Source: Acidimicrobiia bacterium | GTDB taxonomy: Bacteria > Actinomycetota > Acidimicrobiia > Spongiisociales > UBA11373 | Direction: 5' to 3' | Assembly: GCA_040878325.1 (NCBI GenBank) | Contig: JBBDMM010000002.1 | Span: 62,001-126,000 of the forward strand | DNA length: 64,000 bases | Part shown: one piece after another, positions 37,043 to 46,413 of the stretch | Layout: each line of letters opens with the position of its first letter | Position numbering within the stretch: position 1 is the stretch's first letter | Program-made: the position numbers and the translations under genes | Notes under the pieces: generated by a model | Databases searched by the model: none | The model's input: the letters and a program-made list of their open reading frames with translations, nothing else | What the model was told of the DNA's origin: nothing

Positions 37043-37068
37043 AACAAGGGTTTCGGTCATTTCGTTCC
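37043..37068 (-). promoter_or_regulatory. SigR/SigH-type promoter upstream of clpC
   Basis: Minus strand GGAAC-N18-GTT; a separate TATAGT -10 box lies at 36988-36993. Confidence 0.55.
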
Positions 37069-37081
37069 CGGGCTGTAGGCC

Positions 37082-37138
37082 GGCAGCCTTCGGCTGCCTC
37101 CGGCAATTCGCAATCCGCAATTCGACCGAACGCGTCGG
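37082..37138. repeat. Hairpin plus GCAAT(T/C)C heptamer x3
   Basis: GGCAGCC-TTC-GGCTGCC (37082-37098); gcaattc gcaatcc gcaattc (37103-37123). Confidence 0.65.
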
Positions 37139-37199
37139 AAGCCTCGAACGCGTCTCGCCACTCGCTGATCGCCAGTCACAGGAGGCCGACGCCTTGTCG

Positions 37200-37436
37200 A
37201 TGGAGTTGATCCGGCGGCAGTCGCGCGATGACACGATCGTCATCGCCGTCCTCCATGACCTGAATCTTGCGGCCAAGTACTCGGACCGCACAGTCGTCCT
37301 CTCACAGGGGACGGTGGTGGCTGATGGTCCGCCGTCTGAGGTCCTCACCTCCGACCTGCTCACCGGGGTGTACCGCCATCCGATGACGGTGGTCCCCCAC
37401 CCCCTCAGGCCGGGACCGCTGGTCCTCGTGGGCTGA
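37200..37436 (+). pseudogene. C-terminal fragment of a heme/iron-siderophore ABC ATPase (HmuV/FepC-like)
   Basis: VIAVLHDLNLAAKYSDR..VL..G.VVADGPPSEVLT..LL..VY (H-loop onwards); no Walker A/B or partner genes upstream. Confidence 0.7.
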
Positions 37437-37470
37437 CCGTTCCAAACCCGAGTCCGCGTACTATGCCGCA

Positions 37471-38463
37471 ATGGAACTCCCCGTCCTCCGGGACCTGGTA
37501 CCCATCGATCGGGTGTGGGCGCGCCTCGAGGAGGTAGAGCGCCGCCTCTATGAGGTTTCGACCTCCGAGAACACTTTCGTAACCGAGATCGCCCAGCATC
37601 TCCTCGGTGGCGGCAAGCGCTATCGGCCGATGCTCGCCCAGGTCGCCGCCGAGATCGGTGGCGCCGACGGGACCGATCCCGTGGAGGCGGGGGTATCGGT
37701 CGAATTGATTCACCTCGGCAGCCTCTATCACGACGATGTGATCGACGAGGCCGGCAGCCGACGCGGGCAGACCTCGGTGAACACCAACTGGTCGAACACC
37801 ATTGCCATCCTCGCCGGCGACTTCCTGCTGGCCCGGGCATCCGAAGTGGCGGCGCCGCTGGGGACCGAAGCGGTGGCTCTGCTCGCTCGCACCTACGCCA
37901 ACCTCTGCGAGGGGCAGGTGCTGGAGCTACAGCTCGGCAACGACCTCGACCACGGCCCCGAGGACTACTACCGGGTGATCGAGAACAAGACGGCGAGCCT
38001 GATCCGCACCTCGGCGCGGTTGGGGGCGATGGCGGGAGGCGCCGATCGGGCGCAGATCGATGCGGCCACCCGGTGGGGCCACGAAGTGGGATTGGTGTTC
38101 CAGCTGACCGACGACGTGCTCGACCTGCTCGCCACCGAAGACTTCCTCGGCAAGCCCGCTGGCTCTGACATCCACGAAGGTACCTTCACCCTGCCGGTCA
38201 TCTACGCGTTGCGGGGTGCGGACGGGGATCGGCTGCGGGGGCTATTGGGTGGAGGCAAGCCCTATGCCGAAGAAGCGGTCGAGGAGGTGATCCACCTCGT
38301 TCGCGATGGGGGGCACCTCGATCGAGTGCTCGACGAGACCATGGGCCACATCGCCGCCGCCGAGGAGGCGATCGCGACGCTGCCCGACAGCGATGTCACC
38401 AAGGTGTTGCGGACACTGGGCGAATACCTGGTACAGCGGGTGGAGGCGGCGCGGGGGTCCTAG
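37471..38463 (+). CDS. Long-chain polyprenyl diphosphate synthase (HepT/IspB-like)
   Basis: GGKRYRP, LYHDDVID...RRG (FARM), KTA, FQLTDDVLD (SARM). Confidence 0.93.
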   Translation: MELPVLRDLVPIDRVWARLEEVERRLYEVSTSENTFVTEIAQHLLGGGKRYRPMLAQVAAEIGGADGTDPVEAGVSVELIHLGSLYHDDVIDEAGSRRGQTSVNTNWSNTIAILAGDFLLARASEVAAPLGTEAVALLARTYANLCEGQVLELQLGNDLDHGPEDYYRVIENKTASLIRTSARLGAMAGGADRAQIDAATRWGHEVGLVFQLTDDVLDLLATEDFLGKPAGSDIHEGTFTLPVIYALRGADGDRLRGLLGGGKPYAEEAVEEVIHLVRDGGHLDRVLDETMGHIAAAEEAIATLPDSDVTKVLRTLGEYLVQRVEAARGS

Positions 38464-38488
38464 CGACGATCCGCCGGCCGAGGGTCCG

Positions 38489-39100
38489 TTAGAACCGGAC
38501 CGGCCAGACCTCGAAGACCACGGTGAACGAGGCGGTTCCGTCCGAGCGGATCTCGGGTACGTCGGTGCAGGTGACATGGCCGGCCCACTCCCAACCTCGT
38601 GGGGCATCAGGGTCCGCCTCGAATTGGGCAAGTTCCAAAACACATGCTCCGTCATTACCGAAAAACGTCTTCCCATCGATGGTGAGGGTCGCACTCACCC
38701 GCTCCGATGTCGGCACCCCGACGACGGCTCCTACCGCAGACAGTTGAAGGAGACCCTGGTCTCCGCTGAATGTGGCCGAGACATTGATCGAATCGCCATC
38801 CTCGGAAGGACTGGCCGAATACCCGCTGACATCGAGGACGAGACGATCCTCGACGACTCCAGATACCTGCGCCACCGCGGCACCCTGGGAGCCAGACGTG
38901 GTCGAGTAACCGCCCTCGACCAGGTCGAGGTGCAAGTCGAGCAGCAAACCCCCATCGTCCTGGTCGGCCGCGGCGAGTGCGGACACCAATTCGTCCGAGG
39001 GGATGAAGTGTCTGCCGATTGTGTATACGGCCGAGAAGACGACGAGGAACCCGATCACCGCTACCAGGAGGTCTTCCCTTACCTGCTTGGCCAGTCCCAT
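38489..39100 (-). CDS. Hypothetical membrane-anchored protein
   Basis: N-terminal TM, beta-rich domain with two Cys; GACAAT 6 nt before ATG. Confidence 0.6.
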   Translation of the reverse strand: MGLAKQVREDLLVAVIGFLVVFSAVYTIGRHFIPSDELVSALAAADQDDGGLLLDLHLDLVEGGYSTTSGSQGAAVAQVSGVVEDRLVLDVSGYSASPSEDGDSINVSATFSGDQGLLQLSAVGAVVGVPTSERVSATLTIDGKTFFGNDGACVLELAQFEADPDAPRGWEWAGHVTCTDVPEIRSDGTASFTVVFEVWPVRF

Positions 39101-39129
39101 CGCGGGATTGTCCCACCACGCGGGAGTTC

Positions 39130-39495
39130 TCACCGCGCGAGAAGACTCCCGAAGCCAAATCCGACAGCCGCGGCAAGCAGACCGACCGTGGTCGGGCCAA
39201 GTAGGGCGATGACTGCCCGGTGTCGGCCTCCGCGGCCCTCCTCCCACAGGTACACGGCCTCGATCATCCAGGTGCTGAATGTGGTGAACCCGGCGATCAA
39301 CCCGGTGGTGACGTCGACCGCGGCACCATGGCTGCCGGTTCCGAGGATGACTCCGAGAGCGAGGCTGCCGAGGGTATTCACGATGGCGGTGGGCCACGGG
39401 AGCTCCGTTGCGAGACGCCGCTGGATCGTCGCACCCATGATGAAGCGGAGCCCTGCGCCAAGTCCTCCGGCAGCGATCACGGCGAGCACGGTCAC
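39130..39495 (-). CDS. crcB: Fluoride channel Fluc/CrcB (second subunit)
   Basis: GGLGAGLRF, PWPTAIVNTLGS, GLIAGFTTFSTW. Confidence 0.9.
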   Translation of the reverse strand: MTVLAVIAAGGLGAGLRFIMGATIQRRLATELPWPTAIVNTLGSLALGVILGTGSHGAAVDVTTGLIAGFTTFSTWMIEAVYLWEEGRGGRHRAVIALLGPTTVGLLAAAVGFGFGSLLAR

Positions 39496-39881
39496 GGGCG
39501 CCTCCCGAGGAGGTACCCGAGGACGGTTCCCGCGGCGCCTCCCACCACCGAGAGCACGGCGTACCCGGCGGCTGCCGACCAGCGCTCGGCCTCGACCAGG
39601 AGGACGGCGTCTCCTACGAATGTGGCGAAGGTGGTGTAAGCGGCGGCGACTCCGATGCCGACGAACGCCACCCGTCGCTGCCCCCGACTCCTGGCCTGCA
39701 GACCGGGAAGGGCCCAACCGACGAACAGCGAACCGGTGAGATTGACGGCGAGGGTGGCCCAGGGGAACGCGTTGGCGGGGATCAGTTCCACCACTCCGAT
39801 CCGCAGCGCCGACCCCACCATGCCGCCGGCGATGACGAGGAGTGCGAGGTGGTGTCGGGGTGCAGTGGCGACGGGCTGCAT
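39492..39881 (-). CDS. crcB: Fluoride channel Fluc/CrcB (first subunit)
   Basis: GGMVGSALR, FPWATLAVNLTGS, AYTTFATF; directly downstream of the fluoride riboswitch. Confidence 0.88.
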   Translation of the reverse strand: MQPVATAPRHHLALLVIAGGMVGSALRIGVVELIPANAFPWATLAVNLTGSLFVGWALPGLQARSRGQRRVAFVGIGVAAAYTTFATFVGDAVLLVEAERWSAAAGYAVLSVVGGAAGTVLGYLLGRRP

Positions 39882-39898
39882 GGGCTCCTCTCCTGTCA

Positions 39899-39946
39899 GT
39901 AGGAGCCATCAGCCCATTGGGGCGCTCAACGGCGAGCTCCATCGCC
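39899..39946 (-). ncRNA. Fluoride (crcB) riboswitch
   Basis: Minus strand GGCGATGGAGCTCGCC...GCTGATGGCTCCTAC matches the motif consensus, with GGAGC/GCTCC pseudoknot pairing; TACCAT -10 at 39956-39961. Confidence 0.92.
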
Positions 39947-39969
39947 GGAGCCGCGATGGTAGGCCTTTG

Positions 39970-39991
39970 TGTCACACCTAGTTGGCATCAT
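39970..39991 (+). promoter_or_regulatory. PafBC/RecA-NDp-like promoter for the second HNH gene
   Basis: TGTCAC-ACCTAGTTGG-CATCAT, 6 nt before ATG 39998. Confidence 0.6.
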
Positions 39992-39997
39992 CTATGA

Positions 39998-41151
39998 ATG
40001 GAATGGAACCAAGCCGATCGGCTGATAGATCGGGCCATCGAGTGCCTCGAGAAGGTGAACAACGAGCTGACGGCGACTCGTACGCACTTCACGCTGCTCG
40101 GTCGCTGCAGGCGAAGTATGCCCGGGTGGTGAAGCTGGGTGCCTTTGGCGAGGTCTCACTGGCCGATCGGGTCGGGGATGCCAACGAGCTGGCACGAGTC
40201 AGCGGAACCTCGGTAGGCAGGGCTCGGAAGGCGCTCGACACCTCGCGGCAGCTGGCGAAGACCCCGGTGCTCGATGAGGCGCTGCGCCGCGCCGAAGTGT
40301 CGTTCGAGCAGGCTCAGGAAATCGCCAAGACCGAAGCAGTCGCCCCCGGGTCCGCCGGGCTTCTGGTCGACATCGCTCGTCGCTCCAGGTTCCATGTTCT
40401 CAAGGAAGAGGCGCGCAAGATCCGACTCGAGGCGCTGAAAGGGCCTGGCCTCGAAGCGCGTCAGCGCGAGGCTCGGTATCTACATCATCGCGTCACCGAC
40501 CTGGGGATGATCCACATCGAGGGCGAACTCGAACCGCACATCGGGACCCCGATCGTCAACCGACTCGAGGCCGAGGCCCGTCGCCTCGCCCGCGCCGGCA
40601 ATCGCGGCGAGCCGTTCGACCGGTACCTCGCCGACGCGTTGCCCGAGTTGCTTTCCGACGGTGGCACCTCCTCCGGCCGCACCGAGATGGTGGTGCTCGT
40701 CTCCTACCCCGTCGCCGAACGCGGGTGGACCCATGTCGAGGACGACGAGATCTGCAAGATCCCCGGCAACGGGCCGCTCGACCCGGAGGTCGCCAGGCGG
40801 ATCGGCGCCGACGCCTTCCTATCCGGGGTGTTCTTCGATGGAACCGACCTTCGCCAGATCAAGCGTTGGGGGCGCGCGGTCCCTGCTGCGATCCGCACCG
40901 CCCTCAATCTCGGTGACCCGCCCGCCTTCGACGGCGTCAAGTGCGTCGACTGCGGCAATCGATTCTGGATCGAGTTGGACCATCAAGTGCCCCATTCGGC
41001 CGGCGGACCGATCTCGATGAGGAACAGCAAGCACAGATGTTGGGGATGCCATCAGAAGAAGTCCCTCGCCGATCGGCGGGCGAGACGACTCCGTCGACCG
41101 ATGACTCAGGTGGCCGAGATCCCCAGCGCACTCGCCAATGGACCTCCCTAG
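39998..41151 (+). pseudogene. DUF222/HNH endonuclease paralogue with an apparent 1-nt frameshift near 40069
   Basis: ATG 39998 frame gives MEWNQADRLIDRAIECLEKVNNEL, which aligns with paralogue LIEAVGFARKANQAL; the rest, including CVDC...DHQVP...CWGCHQKK, is in the -1 frame. Confidence 0.65.
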
Positions 41152-41157
41152 GACGCC

Positions 41158-42699
41158 CTATTCGGGGCGCATGTGGGGGAACAACACGACCTCGCGGATC
41201 GACGGCTTGTCCGAGAGAAGCATCACCAGTCGGTCGATGCCCATGCCCATGCCACCGGTCGGAGGCATCCCGTACTCGAGTGCGCGCAGGAAGTCCTCGT
41301 CCATCGGGTGGGCCTCGTGGTCTCCGGCGGCGCGGGCGGCGGCCTGAGTTTCGAACCGACGCCGTTGCTCCACCGGGTCGTTCAACTCTGAGAAGGCATT
41401 TGCCAATTCGTTGCCGGCAACGATGACCTCGAACCGTTCCGTCAGCCCGGGACGGGAACGATGTTTGCGGGCGAGAGGCGAAATCTCCTCCGGGAAGTCG
41501 AGCACGAAAGTCGGATCCCACAGCGAATCCTCCACCACCGACTCGAACACCTCGGCGATGATCCGGCCAGTTCCCCATGAGCCCTCGGACTGCACCCCGG
41601 CGGCGATCGCCTGCTTCCTGGCATCCGCCACAGGCATCACCGGATCCCAGTCCTTGCCTGTGGCATCGGACACCGACCCCACGTAGTCGATCCGCCTCCA
41701 CGGGGCGGCAAGGGACATCGACCGACCGTCGAACGTGATCTCGGTGGTCCCCAGCACTTTCTCGGCGGCCTCGACCACGAGAGCCTCGGTAAGGGTCGCC
41801 ATGTCGTTGTAGTCGGCGAGGGCCTCGTAGAGCTCGAGCATCGTGAACTCGGGGTTGTGGCGGGGGGAAACCCCTTCGTTGCGGAACACGCGACCGATCT
41901 CGAACACCCGATCGGCCCCACCGACGATCAATCGCTTGAGGTGTAGCTCGAGAGCGATCCGCAGGAACATGTCCAGCCCCAGGGCGTCGTGATGGGTGAC
42001 GAACGGCGTGGCCAGCCCGCCCGACGGCACGTGGTGCAGCACGGGCGTCTCCACCTCGAGGTATCCCCGGGCAAGCAGAGACTCTCGAATCGACTGGATG
42101 GTTTCGACACGGCGACGCATCACCTCCCGGGCATCTGCGTTGACGATCAAGTCGACGTACCGATACCGGTGGCGCTTCTCGACGTCGGTGAGCCCGTGCC
42201 ACTTCTCCGGCAGAGGGCGCAATCCCTTGGCGAGGAGAGTGAACGACTCCACCCGGACACTCAGCTCGCCTCTCTTCGTGGTGACCACTTCTCCCTCCGC
42301 GCCCACCCAGTCTCCGGAATCGAGATCGCCGAAAGCGACAAACCGGTCGCCGAGCCGATCGGCTTCGACGAACAGCTGGATCTGGCCGGTGTGGTCCTGG
42401 AGCACTCCGAACACCAATGCCCCGATATCGCGGGAGTTCATCAATCGGCCTGCGACGGAGACATGAAGCCCCGTATCAGTACCGGCCGGAAGACCGTCGT
42501 GGGCGGCATGCAATTCGGCGGCCGTGGCCGTGCGCTCGAACCTGAACGGATATGGCTCATCCCCCGCCGTGCGAATTGCTTCGACTTTGGCAAGCCGCGC
42601 CGCGGTCAGAACGTGCTCGTCGAGCCCTTCGTCGGTCAAGAGGGCCCCGATGCGCTCGACCGCATTTGGCCATTGGCTATCGGCAGGGGCAGCGGACAT
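41158..42699 (-). CDS. lysS: Lysine--tRNA ligase (class II)
   Basis: OB-fold, RYRYVDLI, EVETP, LRIALELHLKRL, FRNEG, HNPEFT, YGMPPTGGMGMGIDRL. Confidence 0.97.
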   Translation of the reverse strand: MSAAPADSQWPNAVERIGALLTDEGLDEHVLTAARLAKVEAIRTAGDEPYPFRFERTATAAELHAAHDGLPAGTDTGLHVSVAGRLMNSRDIGALVFGVLQDHTGQIQLFVEADRLGDRFVAFGDLDSGDWVGAEGEVVTTKRGELSVRVESFTLLAKGLRPLPEKWHGLTDVEKRHRYRYVDLIVNADAREVMRRRVETIQSIRESLLARGYLEVETPVLHHVPSGGLATPFVTHHDALGLDMFLRIALELHLKRLIVGGADRVFEIGRVFRNEGVSPRHNPEFTMLELYEALADYNDMATLTEALVVEAAEKVLGTTEITFDGRSMSLAAPWRRIDYVGSVSDATGKDWDPVMPVADARKQAIAAGVQSEGSWGTGRIIAEVFESVVEDSLWDPTFVLDFPEEISPLARKHRSRPGLTERFEVIVAGNELANAFSELNDPVEQRRRFETQAAARAAGDHEAHPMDEDFLRALEYGMPPTGGMGMGIDRLVMLLSDKPSIREVVLFPHMRPE

Positions 42700-42706
42700 C
42701 GCTCCT

Positions 42707-42736
42707 GCTGGAGGCTGGAGGCTGGAGGCTGGAGGC
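42707..42736. repeat. GCTGGAG heptamer x4 filling the coaX-lysS gap
   Basis: gctggaggctggaggctggaggctggaggc. Confidence 0.85.
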
Positions 42737-43504
42737 TCATTCCTGATTCATCTCGTAGACCATGCGTAAACCGTCCAGTGTGAGGTTGGCGTCGACGATC
42801 GATACCGAACGGCAATGGGGCACGATGGTAGAGGCCAGGCCCCCGGTGGCAACGATGGCCGGAGAGCCGTCGATCTCGGCTGCAAGCCGGTCGACGATCC
42901 CGTCCACCAGGCCAGCATGGCCGTAGAGCAGACCGCTCTGGATGGCTTCCACGGTGTTACGGCCGATCGCCGCCCGCGGAGCGGTCAGATCCACTCGACG
43001 CAGCGCCGCAGTCGCGCTGATCAACGCGTCCAACGACACCTCCAGCCCGGGAGCGATCGCCCCGCCCACATATGCCCCCGAACTGTCGACAACGTCCATG
43101 TTGGTTGATGTCCCAAAGTCGACGGAGATCACCGGAGTGCCGTACTTGTGCTTGGCGGCGACCGAGTTGACCACCCGGTCGGCGCCGACTTCACGCGGGT
43201 TGTCGATGTTGATCGGCATGCCCGTCTTGATTCCCGGACCGATGACGACCAGCGGCCCGTCGATCATCTCAGCGGCTACCTGCATGAGAGCTGCCTTGGC
43301 GGTGGGGACCACACTCGATAGGGCGACGCCGTGGACGTCCTCAAGGCGATAACCGTCCTGGCGCAGAAGACCGGCGAAGTACAAGCGGTACTCGTCTGCT
43401 GTGCGTTCGCGCACGGTCGACAGCCTCCAGGAATCCACCAGATCCTCACCCTGGAAGAGGCCCATGACGGTCTGGGTGTTGCCGACATCGATGGCTATGA
43501 GCAT
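42737..43504 (-). CDS. coaX: Type III pantothenate kinase
   Basis: AIDVGNT, SSVVP, EVGADRVVN, VDFGTST, GGAIAPG, ATGG. Confidence 0.95.
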   Translation of the reverse strand: MLIAIDVGNTQTVMGLFQGEDLVDSWRLSTVRERTADEYRLYFAGLLRQDGYRLEDVHGVALSSVVPTAKAALMQVAAEMIDGPLVVIGPGIKTGMPINIDNPREVGADRVVNSVAAKHKYGTPVISVDFGTSTNMDVVDSSGAYVGGAIAPGLEVSLDALISATAALRRVDLTAPRAAIGRNTVEAIQSGLLYGHAGLVDGIVDRLAAEIDGSPAIVATGGLASTIVPHCRSVSIVDANLTLDGLRMVYEMNQE

Positions 43505-43514
43505 GCGCCGCCTT

Positions 43515-44393
43515 TCAGGCCTGAGTCTCGTAGAGGATCGATGGCCGGTCCAGGCGGGTGCCGAGGTCGGCGCCGCCGTCTGGATCGAGGAACACGTTGT
43601 CGATGAGTCGCACGTCGCCGACGGTGGCGGCTACAGCCAAGAATGCCGGTCGGTCGAGGTGCTCGATCGGCGCGGCCGAGGCGCGGTCGGCGAGCGTGAC
43701 GTACTGGATACCTGCTCCGGTGTCGGCGGCGACCCCGGCGACGATTCCTTCCAGCGCCGCCGCCGAACGCTCACCGGCCGCCACCGCCTCGGCAGCCGCG
43801 AAGAGTCCGATCGAGAGTCCGCGGGCTGCCTCGCGATCGGTGATCAGCACATTGCGGCTGGACAACGCCAAACCGTCGGTTTCGCGGACCGTGGGCACGC
43901 CGACTATCTCGACCGGGAACGACAGGTCTCGAGCCATGGTCCTCACCACGGCGAGTTGCTGGGCGTCCTTGTGGCCGAAGCAGGCTGCTCCCGGGGCGAT
44001 GCCGGCGAACAGCTTTGCGACCACCGTGGCCACGCCCTCAAAATGGCCGGGGCGGTGTAGGCCCTCCATCCCCTCCGACACGCCGGCGACATGAACCCGG
44101 GTCACGGGATGGTGCGGGTATATCTCCGTGACGTCCGGTGCGAACAACACATCGACCCCCGCCAACTCGGCAAGAGCGGAATCGCGCTCGAGCGCACGCG
44201 GATACCGGTCGAGATCCGAGGCGCTGTTGAATTGCAGCGGGTTCACGAACAGGCTCATCACCACCAGGTCCGAGCTTCGCTGCGCCGCCTCCACACATGC
44301 AAAATGCCCCTCGTGGAGGTAGCCCATCGTCGGGACCAGGGCAGCGCCTCCCCCAATCGCCCGCACCTCGGCAAACGAGTCGACGATCCTCAT
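43515..44393 (-). CDS. panC: Pantoate--beta-alanine ligase
   Basis: VPTMGYLHEGH, FVNPLQF, RPGHFEGV, KDAQQ, DGLALSSRN, RLIDN. Confidence 0.96.
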   Translation of the reverse strand: MRIVDSFAEVRAIGGGAALVPTMGYLHEGHFACVEAAQRSSDLVVMSLFVNPLQFNSASDLDRYPRALERDSALAELAGVDVLFAPDVTEIYPHHPVTRVHVAGVSEGMEGLHRPGHFEGVATVVAKLFAGIAPGAACFGHKDAQQLAVVRTMARDLSFPVEIVGVPTVRETDGLALSSRNVLITDREAARGLSIGLFAAAEAVAAGERSAAALEGIVAGVAADTGAGIQYVTLADRASAAPIEHLDRPAFLAVAATVGDVRLIDNVFLDPDGGADLGTRLDRPSILYETQA

Positions 44394-45202
44394 TCCAGAG
44401 CCTGTCGGATTTGGGCTTCGGTGCCGGCGACCCGGGCCGTCGCTCTCACCATGGCGGCAAAGTCCTCAGCGAGTTCCGGGAAGAACGCCCGCACCGCGGC
44501 CAGCTGGGCGCGAACGGTGCCGACATCGCCGCGGGCAGCCGGTCCGGTGAGGGCCTGCTCGGGACCCATCGCGAGGGCGTTGTCGACGACGCCCCTCACC
44601 AGGGGTTCGGCTGCCGCAAAGTCGACTCCCGCCGCCTCGAACAACTGCCGCGACATGGCGAGCGCCGCCAGCGTGAAGTTCGCCGCCGCTGCGGCGGCGG
44701 CGTGGTACAGCGGCTTGGCTGCGTCGTCCAATTCGAATGGCTTCGCCCCGAGCGAGGCAGCGAAGGAGAACAGCCGGTCTGAGAGCAGATCGTCATTGCA
44801 GGTGACCGCGATCCATGCCCCCGCCAAGCGGGCTGCTCCGGCCTCGGGAGTGGGCAGTGTCTGCAGTGGGTGGAACGATCCGACCGGAGGGCCTGCGATC
44901 GCATCGAGGGCGCCCGCCGACTTGAGCCCGGACAAGTGCACCGCGCCTTCGACCGCGGCGGCGCGGTGGGCGAGGCGATCGGCCACCGCCTCGATCGCGT
45001 CGTCCCGAACGGCCACCACCAGTAGGTCGGCTCGCACCAGGTTGGCATCCCACGACAATGGCTCGGTGCCGAGCCGGTCGGCGGCGGCCCGAGCCTCGGC
45101 CGGCTCGCGAGCGAGAACACCCACGACGCGATGACCTGCCTCTAGTGCCGCCAGCGAAAGCGAGAGGCCGGCCCGGCCGGGGCCGACAAGGATGAGGTCC
45201 AT
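44390..45202 (-). CDS. Rossmann-like + DUF2520 protein (PanG-type ketopantoate reductase candidate)
   Basis: GPGRAG, AVRDD, HLSG, SFHPLQT, YHAAA, ALTGPAARGD; coupled to panC by ATGA overlap. Confidence 0.85.
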   Translation of the reverse strand: MDLILVGPGRAGLSLSLAALEAGHRVVGVLAREPAEARAAADRLGTEPLSWDANLVRADLLVVAVRDDAIEAVADRLAHRAAAVEGAVHLSGLKSAGALDAIAGPPVGSFHPLQTLPTPEAGAARLAGAWIAVTCNDDLLSDRLFSFAASLGAKPFELDDAAKPLYHAAAAAAANFTLAALAMSRQLFEAAGVDFAAAEPLVRGVVDNALAMGPEQALTGPAARGDVGTVRAQLAAVRAFFPELAEDFAAMVRATARVAGTEAQIRQALE

Positions 45203-45304
45203 GCGTTCCAGTCCTCTCCGGGTACCAGACGACGCGGCTCATTCTACGCGAGCCCGCCGCGCCCGCCCATTCGGTGCTCGCCGGAGTCACTACCGTCGTA
45301 CGAC

Positions 45305-45907
45305 ATGAACCTCCTCGACCACCCGCGAATCGTCATCAATCAGAAGCCGAAGCTCATCGAACTCACCAACGAGTACCTCATCAGGGATCCCGAGGGCACC
45401 GAGATCGGGGTGATTCGCCAGGAGGGGCAGACCACCCTGAAGAAGCTGGCGCGCTTCGTGTCCTCTGTGGACCAATTCATGACCCACAAGTTGGCCGCCT
45501 ATGACAGCGACGGGTCAAAGGTGCTCGAGATCGTGCGCCCCCGCAAGATCGTCAAGTCGACAGTGGAGGTGTACGACGGGGCGGGGCACCTCGCCGGAAC
45601 GATCCGCCAACAGAACGTATTCGGCAAGATCCGATTCGGGCTCCACGGCAGCACCGATGAGAAACTCGGCGAGATCCGGGCCGAGAACTGGCGGGCGTGG
45701 AACTTTGCCATCGTCGACCAGTTCGAGGCAGAGGTGGGCCGCATCACGAAGACGTGGGAAGGCTTCGCGAAGACAATCTTCACCACCGCCGACAACTACT
45801 TGCTGGAGGTCTCACCGTCGCTCACCGGGCCGCTGCGCCTGCTCGCTTTTGCAGCGGCGGTCGGTGTCGACACCGCCCTCAAGCAGGACTCCCGAGGACT
45901 CAACTGA
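45305..45907 (+). CDS. Scramblase/LURP-one (Tubby C-terminal-like) protein
   Basis: NQKPKLIELTNEY, QQNVFGKIRF, AENWRAWNF, TTADNY, DTALKQD. Confidence 0.8.
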   Translation: MNLLDHPRIVINQKPKLIELTNEYLIRDPEGTEIGVIRQEGQTTLKKLARFVSSVDQFMTHKLAAYDSDGSKVLEIVRPRKIVKSTVEVYDGAGHLAGTIRQQNVFGKIRFGLHGSTDEKLGEIRAENWRAWNFAIVDQFEAEVGRITKTWEGFAKTIFTTADNYLLEVSPSLTGPLRLLAFAAAVGVDTALKQDSRGLN

Positions 45908-45911
45908 GGGT

Positions 45912-46412
45912 CTACTCCGCCGGGCCTTGAGAGGAGGGGAACCGTCCGACGGTCCGAGCCTCCTGACCGTCCACTGCGCCGAGCAGGTCGTCGGCGACAC
46001 CGTGGCCGGGAACCTCAGCCAGCGGCCAGATCTCGACGAGCGGAGCGAGCACGAACCGCCGCTCGGTCATCCGGGGGTGAGGGATTCGCAACCCGGGCGC
46101 GTCGATGACGGCATCCGAATAGAGCAGTAGGTCGAGGTCGAGCAAGCGCGGACCCCACCGCTCGCGACGCTCCCGGCCGACGGCGCGTTCGATTTCCAGA
46201 CAGGCTTCGAGCAGGGGCCGGGGACCGAGTACGGTGTGAATCACTGCCACCGCGTTCAGGTAGTCGTCCTGAGGCGGACCGCCGACCGGTGCCGTCTCCC
46301 AGACCGACGAGACGCCGAGCACTTCGCCGTGTTCACCCAGGGAATCGACGGCCGCAGCCAGATTGCCCGATCGGTCTCCGAGATTCGAGCCAAGCCCGAT
46401 GGCGACGCGCGT
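45912..46412 (-). CDS. folK: 2-amino-4-hydroxy-6-hydroxymethyldihydropteridine pyrophosphokinase; no canonical start before the conserved N-terminus
   Basis: RVAIGLGSNLGDR, SSVWETAPVGGPPQDDYLNAV, RWGPRLLDLDLL, PHPRMTERRFVLAPL; start placed at ACG 46412. Confidence 0.88.
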   Translation of the reverse strand, partial: TRVAIGLGSNLGDRSGNLAAAVDSLGEHGEVLGVSSVWETAPVGGPPQDDYLNAVAVIHTVLGPRPLLEACLEIERAVGRERRERWGPRLLDLDLLLYSDAVIDAPGLRIPHPRMTERRFVLAPLVEIWPLAEVPGHGVADDLLGAVDGQEARTVGRFPSSQGPAE

Positions 46413-46413
46413 C

